The position numbers and the translations under genes were made by a program. 55,352 nt of DNA from an uncultured Bacilli bacterium (GTDB taxonomy: Bacteria; Bacillota_I; Bacilli_A; RF39; UBA660), in NCBI GenBank assembly GCA_944358405.1, contig CALVQX010000030.1, forward strand, positions 1-55,352. The letters are read 5' to 3'. How positions within the stretch are numbered: the stretch's first letter is position 1; each line of letters begins with the position of its first letter. The notes beneath the pieces were generated by a model. It was not told the origin of the DNA and did not search any database. It saw nothing but the letters and a program-made list of their open reading frames with translations. Shown in pieces: positions 19,430 through 29,383 of the stretch.

Positions 19430-21199
19430 ATGTGTGGAATTATTGGTGTGATTGGTAAAGAAGATCCTGTTCATGCTTTGCTTGATGGATTGAAAAACTT
19501 AGAATATCGTGGTTATGATTCAGCGGGTCTTGCTTTAAAAAATTATTATCAGATTCAAGTAATTAAGAGTGTAGGTAAAATTGCTAATTTAGAGGAGAAA
19601 GTATCGGATACTTCTTTGATTCCTGCTTTTTTAGGGATTGCCCATACTAGATGGGCAACGCATGGGAGTCCTAGTGAGGTAAATGCCCATCCTCATACTA
19701 GCGGGAAAGTGACATTAGTTCATAACGGAATTATTGAAAATGCAAAGGAGATTAAGGAACGATTAGTTCAAGAGGGGATATCTTTTGTTAGTGACACGGA
19801 TACAGAAGTAGCGGCCGCCTTAATTAATTTTTATTATGAAAAAGATGCCATTCAGGCAATTGATCTGGCACTTAATGATATTGTTGGTTCTTATGCTTTT
19901 TTAATTTTATTTGCAGATTCTAATCAGTTGTATGCACTCAGAAAAGATTCCCCATTAGTTGTTGGAGTTTCTGATCATGGTAATTTTGTTGCTAGTGATA
20001 TTGTGGCAATTGCATCTTGGACAAGGCAGTATTTTTTATTAGAAGAAGGAGAAATTGCTGTTTTGTCGGATTCTAGAGTTGATGTTTTTCGAGATGGCAA
20101 AACCGTTGAGAAAAATATTTTGACTTTAGATCAAAATGATGGTGATTCGAGTAAGGGACAATATGAACATTATATGTTGAAAGAAATTATGGAAGAGCCT
20201 ATGGTTATTGAGAAAACATTAAATTCTATTTTAGATCATTTGGATACTTTTTCTGATTTAACACAGTATGAACAGATTCATATTGTTGCTTGTGGATCGG
20301 CTATGTATGCGGGAATGATTGGGAAATCTTTATTAGAAGAATATGCATCATTTCCAGTGATTTGCGAGGTTGCGAGTGAATATCGCTATAAAAATATTTT
20401 ATATGATCGTAAGACATTAGTGATTTTAATTTCTCAATCTGGAGAAACAGCGGATACGATTGCGGCTATGAGGAAGGCAAAAGATGCTTCGGTTGATACT
20501 TTGGCGATTGTGAATGTGAAGACTTCTACGCTTGCTAGAGAAAGTGATCGACAGATCTTTATTGAGGCTGGTCCAGAGGTTGCGGTTGCTACAACAAAAG
20601 CTTATATTTTGCAGGTTTTTGTTCTTGCATTATTGAGTTATCAAACAGCGGTTTCTAAAGGAATGGTTCATGATAGTTCTGTGCTTGTGGAAGCTAGAAA
20701 GTTGCCACAAATGATTTCGGAAGTTTTGAATCGTCGTGATGAGTATATTAAAATTGCTGAAAAAATATATTCTCAGGAGAATATTTTCTTTATTGGTAGA
20801 AAGATAGATTATGCAATTTCTTTAGAGGGAAGTTTGAAATTGAAAGAAGTTTCTTATATTCATAGTGAGGCTTATCAGGCTGGGGAATTAAAGCACGGTA
20901 CGATTTCTTTGATTCATGAGGGAATGCCTTTAATTGCAATCCTTACCCAAGAAGATATCTTGAAAAAGACTCTTGCTAATTTGGAAGAAGCGAAATCTAG
21001 GGGAGCAATGACTATAGTTGTTAGTAATCAGTCTATTCCTTTTTATGATATGGAGATTTTAGTTCCTAAAGTCAATGCTTTTTTACAACCAATCTTAGTT
21101 GTTCCTTGTTTGCAATTATTAGCCTATGAAGTTGCCAAAATGCGTGGATGTGATATTGATAAGCCACGGAATTTAGCTAAAAGTGTTACTGTAGAGTGA
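19430..21199 (+). CDS. glmS: Glutamine-fructose-6-phosphate aminotransferase
   Basis: MCGIIG start after AGGAGG, LEYRGYDSAG, HTRWATHG, SQSGETAD, PRNLAKSVTVE. Confidence 0.98.
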   Translation: MCGIIGVIGKEDPVHALLDGLKNLEYRGYDSAGLALKNYYQIQVIKSVGKIANLEEKVSDTSLIPAFLGIAHTRWATHGSPSEVNAHPHTSGKVTLVHNGIIENAKEIKERLVQEGISFVSDTDTEVAAALINFYYEKDAIQAIDLALNDIVGSYAFLILFADSNQLYALRKDSPLVVGVSDHGNFVASDIVAIASWTRQYFLLEEGEIAVLSDSRVDVFRDGKTVEKNILTLDQNDGDSSKGQYEHYMLKEIMEEPMVIEKTLNSILDHLDTFSDLTQYEQIHIVACGSAMYAGMIGKSLLEEYASFPVICEVASEYRYKNILYDRKTLVILISQSGETADTIAAMRKAKDASVDTLAIVNVKTSTLARESDRQIFIEAGPEVAVATTKAYILQVFVLALLSYQTAVSKGMVHDSSVLVEARKLPQMISEVLNRRDEYIKIAEKIYSQENIFFIGRKIDYAISLEGSLKLKEVSYIHSEAYQAGELKHGTISLIHEGMPLIAILTQEDILKKTLANLEEAKSRGAMTIVVSNQSIPFYDMEILVPKVNAFLQPILVVPCLQLLAYEVAKMRGCDIDKPRNLAKSVTVE

Positions 21200-21240
21200 A
21201 AAGTTTTCAAAATTTGAAAACTTTTTGTTTTTCTTTTTTG
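21199..21240 (+). terminator. glmS terminator
   Basis: AAAAGTTTTCAAA/TTTGAAAACTTTT hairpin with T-rich tail. Confidence 0.55.
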
Positions 21241-21270
21241 TTTTTTGGCATATATAGTAGTGGTGATCTT

Positions 21271-21834
21271 ATGAATAATGATGGATATATGAATAATGGA
21301 ATTCATGTTGTTTATCCAAGGACTAAATATGCTGTGGTGAATTTTGATATTTATAATAAATTAACTACTTTTCTTTTTGAATTTATGAATGCTGCAAAAC
21401 AGCCTATTCAAGAAAATTTTGTTTATACTTTTGATGTTTCTTATGATGATTATTCTTATCAGAAGTATGAATCGTTTATCTTTTTTGTTTCTATGTATAC
21501 AGGAGGGGCTCATCCTATTTATCAAATCTTTTCTGTTGTATATGATACGGAGAAGAATGAGTTGGTAACGATAGATTCTTTGGTCAAAGAGAATCCTTCT
21601 ATTCTTATGATGTTATCTAATGAGAGTCGTAATTTACTTTCTAAAAATGCTCATATTGTTGATACTGAGATGTTATTAGAAGGAACAAAACCGGTATCAA
21701 AGAATTTTTCGAGTTTTGTTTTTACTCCTAGTGGATTGAAGGTGTATTTTCCTCCTTATCAGGTAGCACCTTATTCTTCAGGAAGTTTTCAAATTGTTAT
21801 TCCGTATTCTAAGTTTCAGGGAATTCAGTTCTAG
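21271..21834 (+). CDS. DUF3298/RsiV/PdaC-like protein
   Basis: YTGGAHP and F..YQVAPYSSG...IPY motifs; start moved to ATG 21271 after GTGGTGA. Confidence 0.75.
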   Translation: MNNDGYMNNGIHVVYPRTKYAVVNFDIYNKLTTFLFEFMNAAKQPIQENFVYTFDVSYDDYSYQKYESFIFFVSMYTGGAHPIYQIFSVVYDTEKNELVTIDSLVKENPSILMMLSNESRNLLSKNAHIVDTEMLLEGTKPVSKNFSSFVFTPSGLKVYFPPYQVAPYSSGSFQIVIPYSKFQGIQF

Positions 21835-21885
21835 TTTTGGATGCTTTTCTTTTTTTTTATGTGATATACTTTATTTGGTGATTTT

Positions 21886-22284
21886 ATGAAAGTATTGAGT
21901 TTAACGGAGCCTTTTGCGACTTTGATTAAAGATCATAAAAAAAGAATTGAAACTAGAAGCTTTAAAACAAATTATCGAGGAGAATTATATATTCATGCTA
22001 GTTCTACTAAGATTCCTAAGAAATGGCGTGCTGATCCTAAATTAATGGAATTGGTTGAGAGTTCTTCTTTTTCTTATGGGCATATTATTTGTAAGTGTAA
22101 ATTGGTTGATTGTGTTCTTATGACTCCAGATTATATTTCTTTTATTCGAAAAAATTATCCTACAGAATTTATCTGTGGAATTTATGAGGCTGGTAGATAT
22201 GCTTGGATTTTAGATGATATCGAGGTACTTTCTCAGCCAATTTTTGCAAAAGGGCATTTGGGGATATGGAACTATGAATTATAA
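21886..22284 (+). CDS. ASCH domain protein
   Basis: LSLTEPFA..I...KKRIETR...YRGELYIHAS, KGHLGIW. Confidence 0.9.
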   Translation: MKVLSLTEPFATLIKDHKKRIETRSFKTNYRGELYIHASSTKIPKKWRADPKLMELVESSSFSYGHIICKCKLVDCVLMTPDYISFIRKNYPTEFICGIYEAGRYAWILDDIEVLSQPIFAKGHLGIWNYEL

Positions 22285-22572
22285 GGATTGATTTTAGTTC
22301 AAAATGTACAGAGTAAAATTTAAGAGAAGTGTGATTATTAGAGTGAATAAAAAAATATAGTTCAGTTTTATAATTTATTCCAATGATATAGTGAATCTTT
22401 GAAAAATTATTAAAGCTTAACTTAAGAATCACTTTATGCTTCAAGTTTGCTCTGTTTATTAATCATAAGAGTAAAATATGTATTTTATAATTTTGATTTT
22501 AGACTTTTAGGGGTTTTGATATTATTTGTTTTTTCATTTATGATATAATATCAATTGCTTAGGAGGAGATTT

Positions 22573-23589
22573 ATGGTAGAGTATCGACCTTGGTCGAATG
22601 AAATCGCATTGCCTATTATTGAACAATCTAATTCTAAATTATCTATATTAGATCTTCAGTTAGGTGGTGCATGTAATTTAAACTGTGTGTATTGTGATAC
22701 ACCAAGATATCATGATTTGTGTGATGTTGATTTATTATCAATTGAAAAATTAATTGTAGAAGGAGATATTGAATGGGTTTATGTATGTGGTTTAGGAGAA
22801 CCATCTGCTTCTAAAAATTTGTCATATTTGAAACAAATTTTAAAGTGGTGCAAAAATAGAAAGATTGGTCTGTCTATGTTTAGTAATATTTTAAATTTTG
22901 ATAATGAGTTATTTGATTTAGTAGAAGATGGCGTATTGCATGTTTTATTTAAGTTGGACACTTTTAATATTGATAAAGCAAAAAAATTATATGGTGCAAC
23001 TGATGAAAAAGTAAAAAAAATTTATGAGAATTTGGGTGTTTTAACTGCTATTCATCCTGTTATAGATAATAAATCAAATTTAGGTGCTTCTATTGTTCCT
23101 ACTTCTATCAATCAAGATGAATTAAATCGGTTGGTTGATTTTTGTATGGAATATGATATATTTCCTTTGCTTGGTCAATTGGAAGATGCAGGAAAGTGTT
23201 CTGCTGTTTTTCAGAGATTGGTAGTGGAAGATGCTCGTTTATTACAATTAAAAGATGATATGTTTAAGAAATATAGTCTTACTTATCGAATGCCAATTTG
23301 CCCCGCTACTATTTCTGCTATTCATGTTTCTAATACGAATAAAGTCATAGTTGATGAGGATACAGGATTGTCTTGTCCTTGGTTTTGGTTGGGAGATCCT
23401 AGAGTAAGAGAGTTAGGTGATATTCGGGCGATGTCATATCGTGAGGTTGTTCAGAGTATTTTAGAGTATAGGGAAGAAAAATTTAGTGAAGTATTAGAGA
23501 TGGAGAAGAATCTTTTATCCTATCCTTTTGGAGGTTGTGGTGGAGATGCTAAACAGTTACTTAGAACTTATACTAGTTTGAAAAGGTAG
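22573..23589 (+). CDS. Radical SAM enzyme of unknown function
   Basis: CNLNCVYC, GLGEP, additional C-terminal cysteines; ATG 22573 after AGGAGG. Confidence 0.85.
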   Translation: MVEYRPWSNEIALPIIEQSNSKLSILDLQLGGACNLNCVYCDTPRYHDLCDVDLLSIEKLIVEGDIEWVYVCGLGEPSASKNLSYLKQILKWCKNRKIGLSMFSNILNFDNELFDLVEDGVLHVLFKLDTFNIDKAKKLYGATDEKVKKIYENLGVLTAIHPVIDNKSNLGASIVPTSINQDELNRLVDFCMEYDIFPLLGQLEDAGKCSAVFQRLVVEDARLLQLKDDMFKKYSLTYRMPICPATISAIHVSNTNKVIVDEDTGLSCPWFWLGDPRVRELGDIRAMSYREVVQSILEYREEKFSEVLEMEKNLLSYPFGGCGGDAKQLLRTYTSLKR

Positions 23590-23792
23590 TTTATGTATGT
23601 CAATGTGAAATAATTATTGAGGTTTATGAATTTAGATGACTCTTTATTTGGCTATTTGAATTATCATTTTATCTGAATTTTTAGATAATAGGTATGTTTA
23701 TGTTGGGTTTAGAAAAATCTTTGATGGTGAGTTAAAATTATTTGCTTCTTTTGTTCTTGGTATATTATAATGTAGAAGAGAGAAGGATAGAT

Positions 23793-24506
23793 ATGAAAAA
23801 GTCATTAATAAAAGAGTTTATGGGATCTTATGAGAATGCTTTAGTTGAAGAATATGTTGAATTGCTAGTTAATAGAATTACTCATTCCAGTATGTCATTA
23901 GAGCATGATTTGGGGATTGTAGATGATAGTAAAAATGCTATTCGTTTAAGGGATAATATGAGAGCTTTTAAATATTTATTAGAAAAAAATAATATGAAAC
24001 AAGACCTCACAGAGGAATTAATTATTCAAACTGCTAATATGGTTAATGATAGTTCTGTTTATATTTCTACAGGTTATCGTTCTGTGGGTAATTTTATTGC
24101 TTCTACAGATATTCCTATAGAGACTCCTTCTAATATTGCAGCCAGTATGGAGATGTTAGTTGCTCAATATAATGAAATAAAAAATGATCCAGATGTTGAT
24201 CCTTTTTATAGAGAGGCTTGTTTTCATATTGCTTTTATTAGAATACATCCTTTTGAAGATGGTAATGGCAGAACTGGCCGTCTTTTGTTGAATTATAATT
24301 TGTTAAAGGAAGGGATAGCACCAGTAGTTATTACTGATGATTTGACTACAGTCTATCAGTCTTATATTGCTCATAATGATGTTAATGGATTGGCAAATTT
24401 GTTTGAAAAACAATCTCAAAAAGAAGAGAAAGTGGTAGAACATATAATGAAAGAGGAAATTTATTCACAGAAAGATGAAGTATTTAGTATTAATTTTCAT
24501 CACTAA
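23793..24506 (+). CDS. Fic family protein
   Basis: Canonical HPFEDGNGRTGR; SMSLEH resembles the N-terminal inhibitory helix. Confidence 0.92.
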   Translation: MKKSLIKEFMGSYENALVEEYVELLVNRITHSSMSLEHDLGIVDDSKNAIRLRDNMRAFKYLLEKNNMKQDLTEELIIQTANMVNDSSVYISTGYRSVGNFIASTDIPIETPSNIAASMEMLVAQYNEIKNDPDVDPFYREACFHIAFIRIHPFEDGNGRTGRLLLNYNLLKEGIAPVVITDDLTTVYQSYIAHNDVNGLANLFEKQSQKEEKVVEHIMKEEIYSQKDEVFSINFHH

Positions 24507-24518
24507 TCCTTTTTATGT

Positions 24519-24554
24519 TAAAACCTCGTCTTTTATATTAGGAGACGAGGTTTT
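24519..24554. terminator. Bidirectional terminator
   Basis: AAAACCTCGTCT...AGACGAGGTTTT between convergent genes. Confidence 0.75.
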
Positions 24555-25404
24555 ATCTTTGCAATTTTTTTATGATTGGTGCATCTTCTAGACTACCTTG
24601 GTAGCGGATATTTTGTAAGTATTCTTTATACAATGCTATTTTTAGTAAATGATATATATTTGATTCTGGATTAGTTTTTGAATTAATGATGTCTAATTCT
24701 TTATCAACATTACTATTTAAAATTACAGATATATTTTGTGGTTCAAATATATTATAGTATTGATTTTTATCTATGATACTGTTATAGCATAAATCAATAA
24801 TTGCATTCTCTGTTTGATTATAGGTGTAAGAGTGATAATAAAATCCTTTGAAATAGTAGCGACATTGAGAAGTAATGGAATAAAGTTCAGGGAATATATG
24901 TGCCATAAAGTAGGTATGATTATGACATCTATTGGGTAATGAATTTGTTTTCATATAATTTGTCATGCTTGGTGAATTTTTAAAATAAGAAGAAGCTAGC
25001 TCAAATTCAATAATTCCGTATTGGGTGCTGAAAATTGTGAATTTGTTTTTTCCATTAAAGCTAATGTCTTGTATTACTGGTGAGTTTAGTAATTTTTTTA
25101 TGAGTTTTTTGTTTTTTGTTGGATCATATAAATATCCTAGATTTCTCATGGCATCAATGATTTCTTCTTTCATATTATAATGATATTTTGCTAATATATT
25201 AAAGAAAATTTTTATATCTTTAGATGTGTATATATACTGATCTTTTAATCTTCTTACTTTATCTGCAGAAGTTATATTTTCATCAAAGATGAATCTTTTT
25301 TTTGAACTATTTAAAAATTCATTTAATACTAAATCGTATATCTCGTTATTTCGTTCTATATTTATTATTTCTTCATATTGAAATATATGTTCAATAATGT
25401 CCAT
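24553..25404 (-). CDS. Hypothetical protein, possible papain/transglutaminase-like Cys-His-Asp fold
   Basis: NRCH...YHSY...IIDL order; start moved to ATG 25404 after AAGGGAG. Confidence 0.55.
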   Translation of the reverse strand: MDIIEHIFQYEEIINIERNNEIYDLVLNEFLNSSKKRFIFDENITSADKVRRLKDQYIYTSKDIKIFFNILAKYHYNMKEEIIDAMRNLGYLYDPTKNKKLIKKLLNSPVIQDISFNGKNKFTIFSTQYGIIEFELASSYFKNSPSMTNYMKTNSLPNRCHNHTYFMAHIFPELYSITSQCRYYFKGFYYHSYTYNQTENAIIDLCYNSIIDKNQYYNIFEPQNISVILNSNVDKELDIINSKTNPESNIYHLLKIALYKEYLQNIRYQGSLEDAPIIKKLQR

Positions 25405-25624
25405 AGCTACTGCTCCCTTTTTGAATTGATTATATTTAAAAGTAGAATAAGAGAGTAAAGTAATCTTGATTTTTTCTTTTCTCATTTTTCAAGTTCTTTA
25501 CTTATAATTTTGGTGTGTATAAAAGTGATAAATTTTAATCATCACCTATTTTTGGGTAGTCTATCTATAAAAGTATTTGTTCATGAATCAGTATTAATTG
25601 GAGTTTCATAAGTCTCTTAGAGAT

Positions 25625-25654
25625 AAAAAAGAACACTTGTTAGTGTTCTTATTT
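25625..25654 (-). terminator. tRNA terminator
   Basis: AAGAACACT/AGTGTTCTT stem with a T-run on the minus strand. Confidence 0.7.
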
Positions 25655-25661
25655 ACATAAA

Positions 25662-25738
25662 TGGGGCGGCGTATGAGGATCGAACTCATGCATACTGGTG
25701 CCACAAACCAGCGTGTTAACCACTTCACCAACGCCGCC
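25662..25738 (-). tRNA. tRNA-His (GTG)
   Basis: G(-1)GCGGCGT acceptor pairs with ACGCCGC-C-CCA; CTGGT/ACCAG anticodon stem with TTGTGGC loop; GTTCGATC T-loop. Confidence 0.97.
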
Positions 25739-25861
25739 ATATCACATTTGACTTCTTTATTTTATTATAGATTAGGAAAAAAATCAATAGTTTTTTTATA
25801 ATTAGGTATTTATCTATACACATCTGTCCATATCGAATAAATTACAGAGAAGGGAGATAGT

Positions 25862-26296
25862 ATGTATAATTATAATTTTTTAAATGATCAATGGTATAGA
25901 AATATGAATTATAATTCTTATCGAAATACTTCTATGCCATCTTTATTTACTCCAGTGGAGGGATATAATAATGGAAATCTTTTTGCTGATTTATATAGTC
26001 AATATAAAAATTATCAGCCTGTTACTTTGACAGCAAGAAATGATAAAGAGAGGATACTTTTAGAGTTATCTAGAATGGCTTTTGCTGCTCATGAATTAAA
26101 TTTATATTTAGATCTACATCCAGAGGATACTACGATGCTTACTTTGTTTAATGATTATCGTCAAAAAACAAATGATTTAACAAAACAATATGAAGAGAAA
26201 TATGGGCCACTTTCTATTTCTAGTGATGCATTAACTCAAGCTCCATTTATGTGGGAGCAAAATGCTTGGCCATGGGAGGTGCAACGTAATGTTTAG
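25862..26296 (+). CDS. cotJB: Spore coat protein CotJB with CotJA-like N-terminal segment
   Basis: FAAHELNLYLDLHP...YEEKYGPL...W...WPWE; N-terminal EGYNNGNLFADLY resembles CotJA. Confidence 0.88.
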   Translation: MYNYNFLNDQWYRNMNYNSYRNTSMPSLFTPVEGYNNGNLFADLYSQYKNYQPVTLTARNDKERILLELSRMAFAAHELNLYLDLHPEDTTMLTLFNDYRQKTNDLTKQYEEKYGPLSISSDALTQAPFMWEQNAWPWEVQRNV

Positions 26297-27002
26297 TTAT
26301 CAAAAAAGACTTCAATATCCAATTGATATTAAGAAAAAAGATTTGCGTATGGCTAAGTTTTTGGTTACTCAGTATGGCGGTTCTAATGGGGAACTAGCTG
26401 CTGCTTTACGTTATTTGAATCAACGTTATACGATGCCTGATAATCGAGGAAAAGCATTACTTACTGATATTGGTAATGAGGAACTTGCTCATGTAGAAAT
26501 GATTTCTACGATGATTTACCAGTTGATGAAAGATGCCACTATGGAAGAGTTAAGGGAAGCAGGACTCGATGCTCATTATGCTGAACATAGTAGAGCATTG
26601 TATCCAACGGATGTAAATGGAGTTCCATTTACTGTGGCATATTTTGCTTCTACTGGAGATCCTTTAGCTGATATATCTGAGGATATGGCAGCAGAACAAA
26701 AGGCTAGAGCAGTTTATGAAAATTTGATTGATTTGACTACGGATCCAGATGTGATAGGACCTTTGTTATGGTTGAGACAAAGAGAAATTGTTCATTTTAA
26801 TCGTTTTAAAGAGTTATTTGAATATTATGAAAAGATGTTAAATAATAATACATCATCTTCTAATCAAAATATGAATGTTAACAATTCTTCTCAAATGAAT
26901 TCTAATTCTATGAATTTTAATTCTCAAAATAATGCAACTTTGGAACAATTATTAATGAATTCAAATTTTTCGGATATTAGTCAAGGGATTATGAGGGATT
27001 AA
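26289..27002 (+). CDS. cotJC: Manganese catalase family spore coat protein CotJC
   Basis: YQKRLQYP, QYGG.NGELAAALRYL.Q, EELAH.E, EDMAAEQKAR, REIVH; ATG 26289 overlaps cotJB. Confidence 0.92.
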   Translation: MFSYQKRLQYPIDIKKKDLRMAKFLVTQYGGSNGELAAALRYLNQRYTMPDNRGKALLTDIGNEELAHVEMISTMIYQLMKDATMEELREAGLDAHYAEHSRALYPTDVNGVPFTVAYFASTGDPLADISEDMAAEQKARAVYENLIDLTTDPDVIGPLLWLRQREIVHFNRFKELFEYYEKMLNNNTSSSNQNMNVNNSSQMNSNSMNFNSQNNATLEQLLMNSNFSDISQGIMRD

Positions 27003-27026
27003 AAATGTAGCAAACACTACATTTTT
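27001..27026 (+). terminator. Terminator
   Basis: AAAAATGTAG/CTACATTTTT. Confidence 0.65.
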
Positions 27027-27122
27027 AATTTTAAATCATTTTAGGCTTAAGTAATCATACTGACTTTTATTTAATTCTTTTTCTTTTTTGTGCTATACTA
27101 TAATTATTTAAGGAGGAATTTC

Positions 27123-27788
27123 ATGAATAGTAATTTAGATGTGTGGGCAATTCAGCATTATCCAGAAGAGTTACAAACTGCACTATCTAATATTCTGACA
27201 GATAGTAAAAATAATATTTTATTTCATAATTGTGTTTGTTCTATGGAACTTGGAGGAGAGTTACTTTCTTCTAGACAGTTTGATACTATGCTTTATGCAG
27301 AAGATAGTGATACTTTGATTTTATTAATGCGAGATGGTGTTGCGACTGCGGATGATATTAAATCTTATTTGAACGAGAAAAATATTTTGTATCATGATGT
27401 TTTTTTTGAACCTTTAGAAGATGAATATCAAAATAATAATTCTATTAAAGAACTATGGTTTGCTAGAGAAGCATATGTGTTAAGAGATGCACTAGATGAT
27501 AGTAAACAAAAGGGATATTCTATGGTTACTTATTATCCTTCTATCAATGGATTTTTAAAATTACAATATATTACGATGCAAGAACAATTGTTTTCTGTTG
27601 ATGGTAGGAATTTTCAAGGGATGATTGATTGCCCTGACAAAACGGTTTTGCTCATTGATGGAGATGAACGGAGTCTTACCGAGAGACAGGTATATTCTAT
27701 TTTGGATCAACAAAGGATGCATGTGATTGTTGATCCTTCGACTAATGTTCCTTGTAAAGAGAAGAAACTAGTAAGAGCTTTGAGGTGA
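27123..27788 (+). CDS. Hypothetical protein
   Basis: Long ORF with AGGAGG RBS before ATG 27123; no recognised motif. Confidence 0.65.
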   Translation: MNSNLDVWAIQHYPEELQTALSNILTDSKNNILFHNCVCSMELGGELLSSRQFDTMLYAEDSDTLILLMRDGVATADDIKSYLNEKNILYHDVFFEPLEDEYQNNNSIKELWFAREAYVLRDALDDSKQKGYSMVTYYPSINGFLKLQYITMQEQLFSVDGRNFQGMIDCPDKTVLLIDGDERSLTERQVYSILDQQRMHVIVDPSTNVPCKEKKLVRALR

Positions 27789-27846
27789 TCAATCTCTTTT
27801 TTTGTATTTTTTTCTTAAATTTATTAATACTATAAATGGTGATAAT

Positions 27847-29310
27847 ATGAAACATGATAGTATTTGGTTGGATGGCTTAAATTTTTCTGAGAGTCCTTTT
27901 TTAGATCAAGAAATTGAAGTAGATGTGTTAATTATCGGTGGAGGAATGACTGGTCTTAGTACGGCTTATCAATTAATTGATTCTAAGTTAAAAGTTGCTT
28001 TAGTAGAAGCTAATTTAATTGGACATGGAGTTACTTCTAAAACTACTGGTAAATTAACTTATCTTCAAGAAGATATTTATTCTAAAATCAAGAAAAGTAG
28101 AGGATTGGATGCTTCTAAAAGTTATTATTTGGCACAAAGAGAGGCAATTTTCGAAGTTCAGAGAATTATTCAAAAGCATCAGATTGAATGCAACTTATCG
28201 TCTGTTTCTTCTATTGCTTTTACTAATGATCCTAAAAAAGTTTCAAGTTTAAAAAAAGAAGCAGAATTATTGCGCTCCTTTGGAGCTACGGTAGAGGAAG
28301 GAAATCGTTTTCCTAATGGGAAAGAATGTCAATATTTTATATCTGTTTCAGATACTTATGTATTTCATCCTTTAAAATATTTAAAAGCTTTAAAAGAAAT
28401 TATTGAAAAATCTAAGATTCAAATTTATGAAAGAACTCGAATTGAATCTATAGATTATCGAAAAGGGTTTTATTTTTGTAAAACAAAACAGGCTTTTGTT
28501 AAAGCAAAAAAGGTGGTGTTGGCTCTTCATTATCCTTATTTTTTATTCCCTTTTGTGATGCCTGGTAGAGTTACTTTGGAAAAATCTTATGTTGGTGTTT
28601 TATCTGTTGATAAAACATATCCTTTTAGTGCAATTAGTGTTGATCAACCAGTCGTTTCTTTAAGATATCATGAAGATGTAAAAAAATATCAATTCTTTTT
28701 ATATGGTTCTCATAATATTTGTCAAAAGTATAATGAGAAGGAAAATTTTTCTCCTCTTTTAGATAAATTTTCTTTCTATGATTATTTATGGTCTAATATT
28801 GATATTATTACTGGAGATTCTCTTCCTTATATTGGATTGATTCAAGATCAATTGTTTTTAGCAACTGGATATAATACTTGGGGAATGACAAATGGAAGTT
28901 TGGCAGGGGAAATTTTGAAGAAGCAGTTACAGGGTATGAAAACTTCTTATGATGATCTTTTTTCACCTAAGAGAGGAGTATCTTTTAAGAATTTGCTTTA
29001 TTTTCCAGTGGTTTTTGGTAGTAATATAAAAGCTTTTGCTTCGGGAATCTTTTTTAGAAATAAATCATGGTATGATGGAAGGGTTCGTTTTGAAAAGAGA
29101 GAGGATAAGGATGTTGCAATTTATACGGATACGAAGGGAGTCGAGCATGTTGTTTTGGCTCATTGTCCTCATGTTCACTGTAATTTGATTTTTAATATGG
29201 AAGAATTAACTTGGGATTGTCCTTGTCATGGTTCTAGATTTGATATGGATGGTCATTGTATTGAAGGCCCTAGTAATCGAGATATTGGTTATAAAGAACA
29301 GGAAAAATAG
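27847..29310 (+). CDS. FAD-dependent oxidoreductase with C-terminal Rieske domain (YhfW-like)
   Basis: IIGGGMTG, ATGYNTWGMT, CPHVHC...WDCPCHGSRF. Confidence 0.9.
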   Translation: MKHDSIWLDGLNFSESPFLDQEIEVDVLIIGGGMTGLSTAYQLIDSKLKVALVEANLIGHGVTSKTTGKLTYLQEDIYSKIKKSRGLDASKSYYLAQREAIFEVQRIIQKHQIECNLSSVSSIAFTNDPKKVSSLKKEAELLRSFGATVEEGNRFPNGKECQYFISVSDTYVFHPLKYLKALKEIIEKSKIQIYERTRIESIDYRKGFYFCKTKQAFVKAKKVVLALHYPYFLFPFVMPGRVTLEKSYVGVLSVDKTYPFSAISVDQPVVSLRYHEDVKKYQFFLYGSHNICQKYNEKENFSPLLDKFSFYDYLWSNIDIITGDSLPYIGLIQDQLFLATGYNTWGMTNGSLAGEILKKQLQGMKTSYDDLFSPKRGVSFKNLLYFPVVFGSNIKAFASGIFFRNKSWYDGRVRFEKREDKDVAIYTDTKGVEHVVLAHCPHVHCNLIFNMEELTWDCPCHGSRFDMDGHCIEGPSNRDIGYKEQEK

Positions 29311-29383
29311 ATTTTAAGTGTAATTTGACTTTGGTTTACTTTGTTCTTTTGTTTTGATATAATGTATTACAGTTGGTGATAAT

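Noticed and set aside
22300-25660. Integrated island at tRNA-His
   Set aside because: No integrase and no duplicated tRNA 3' end seen.
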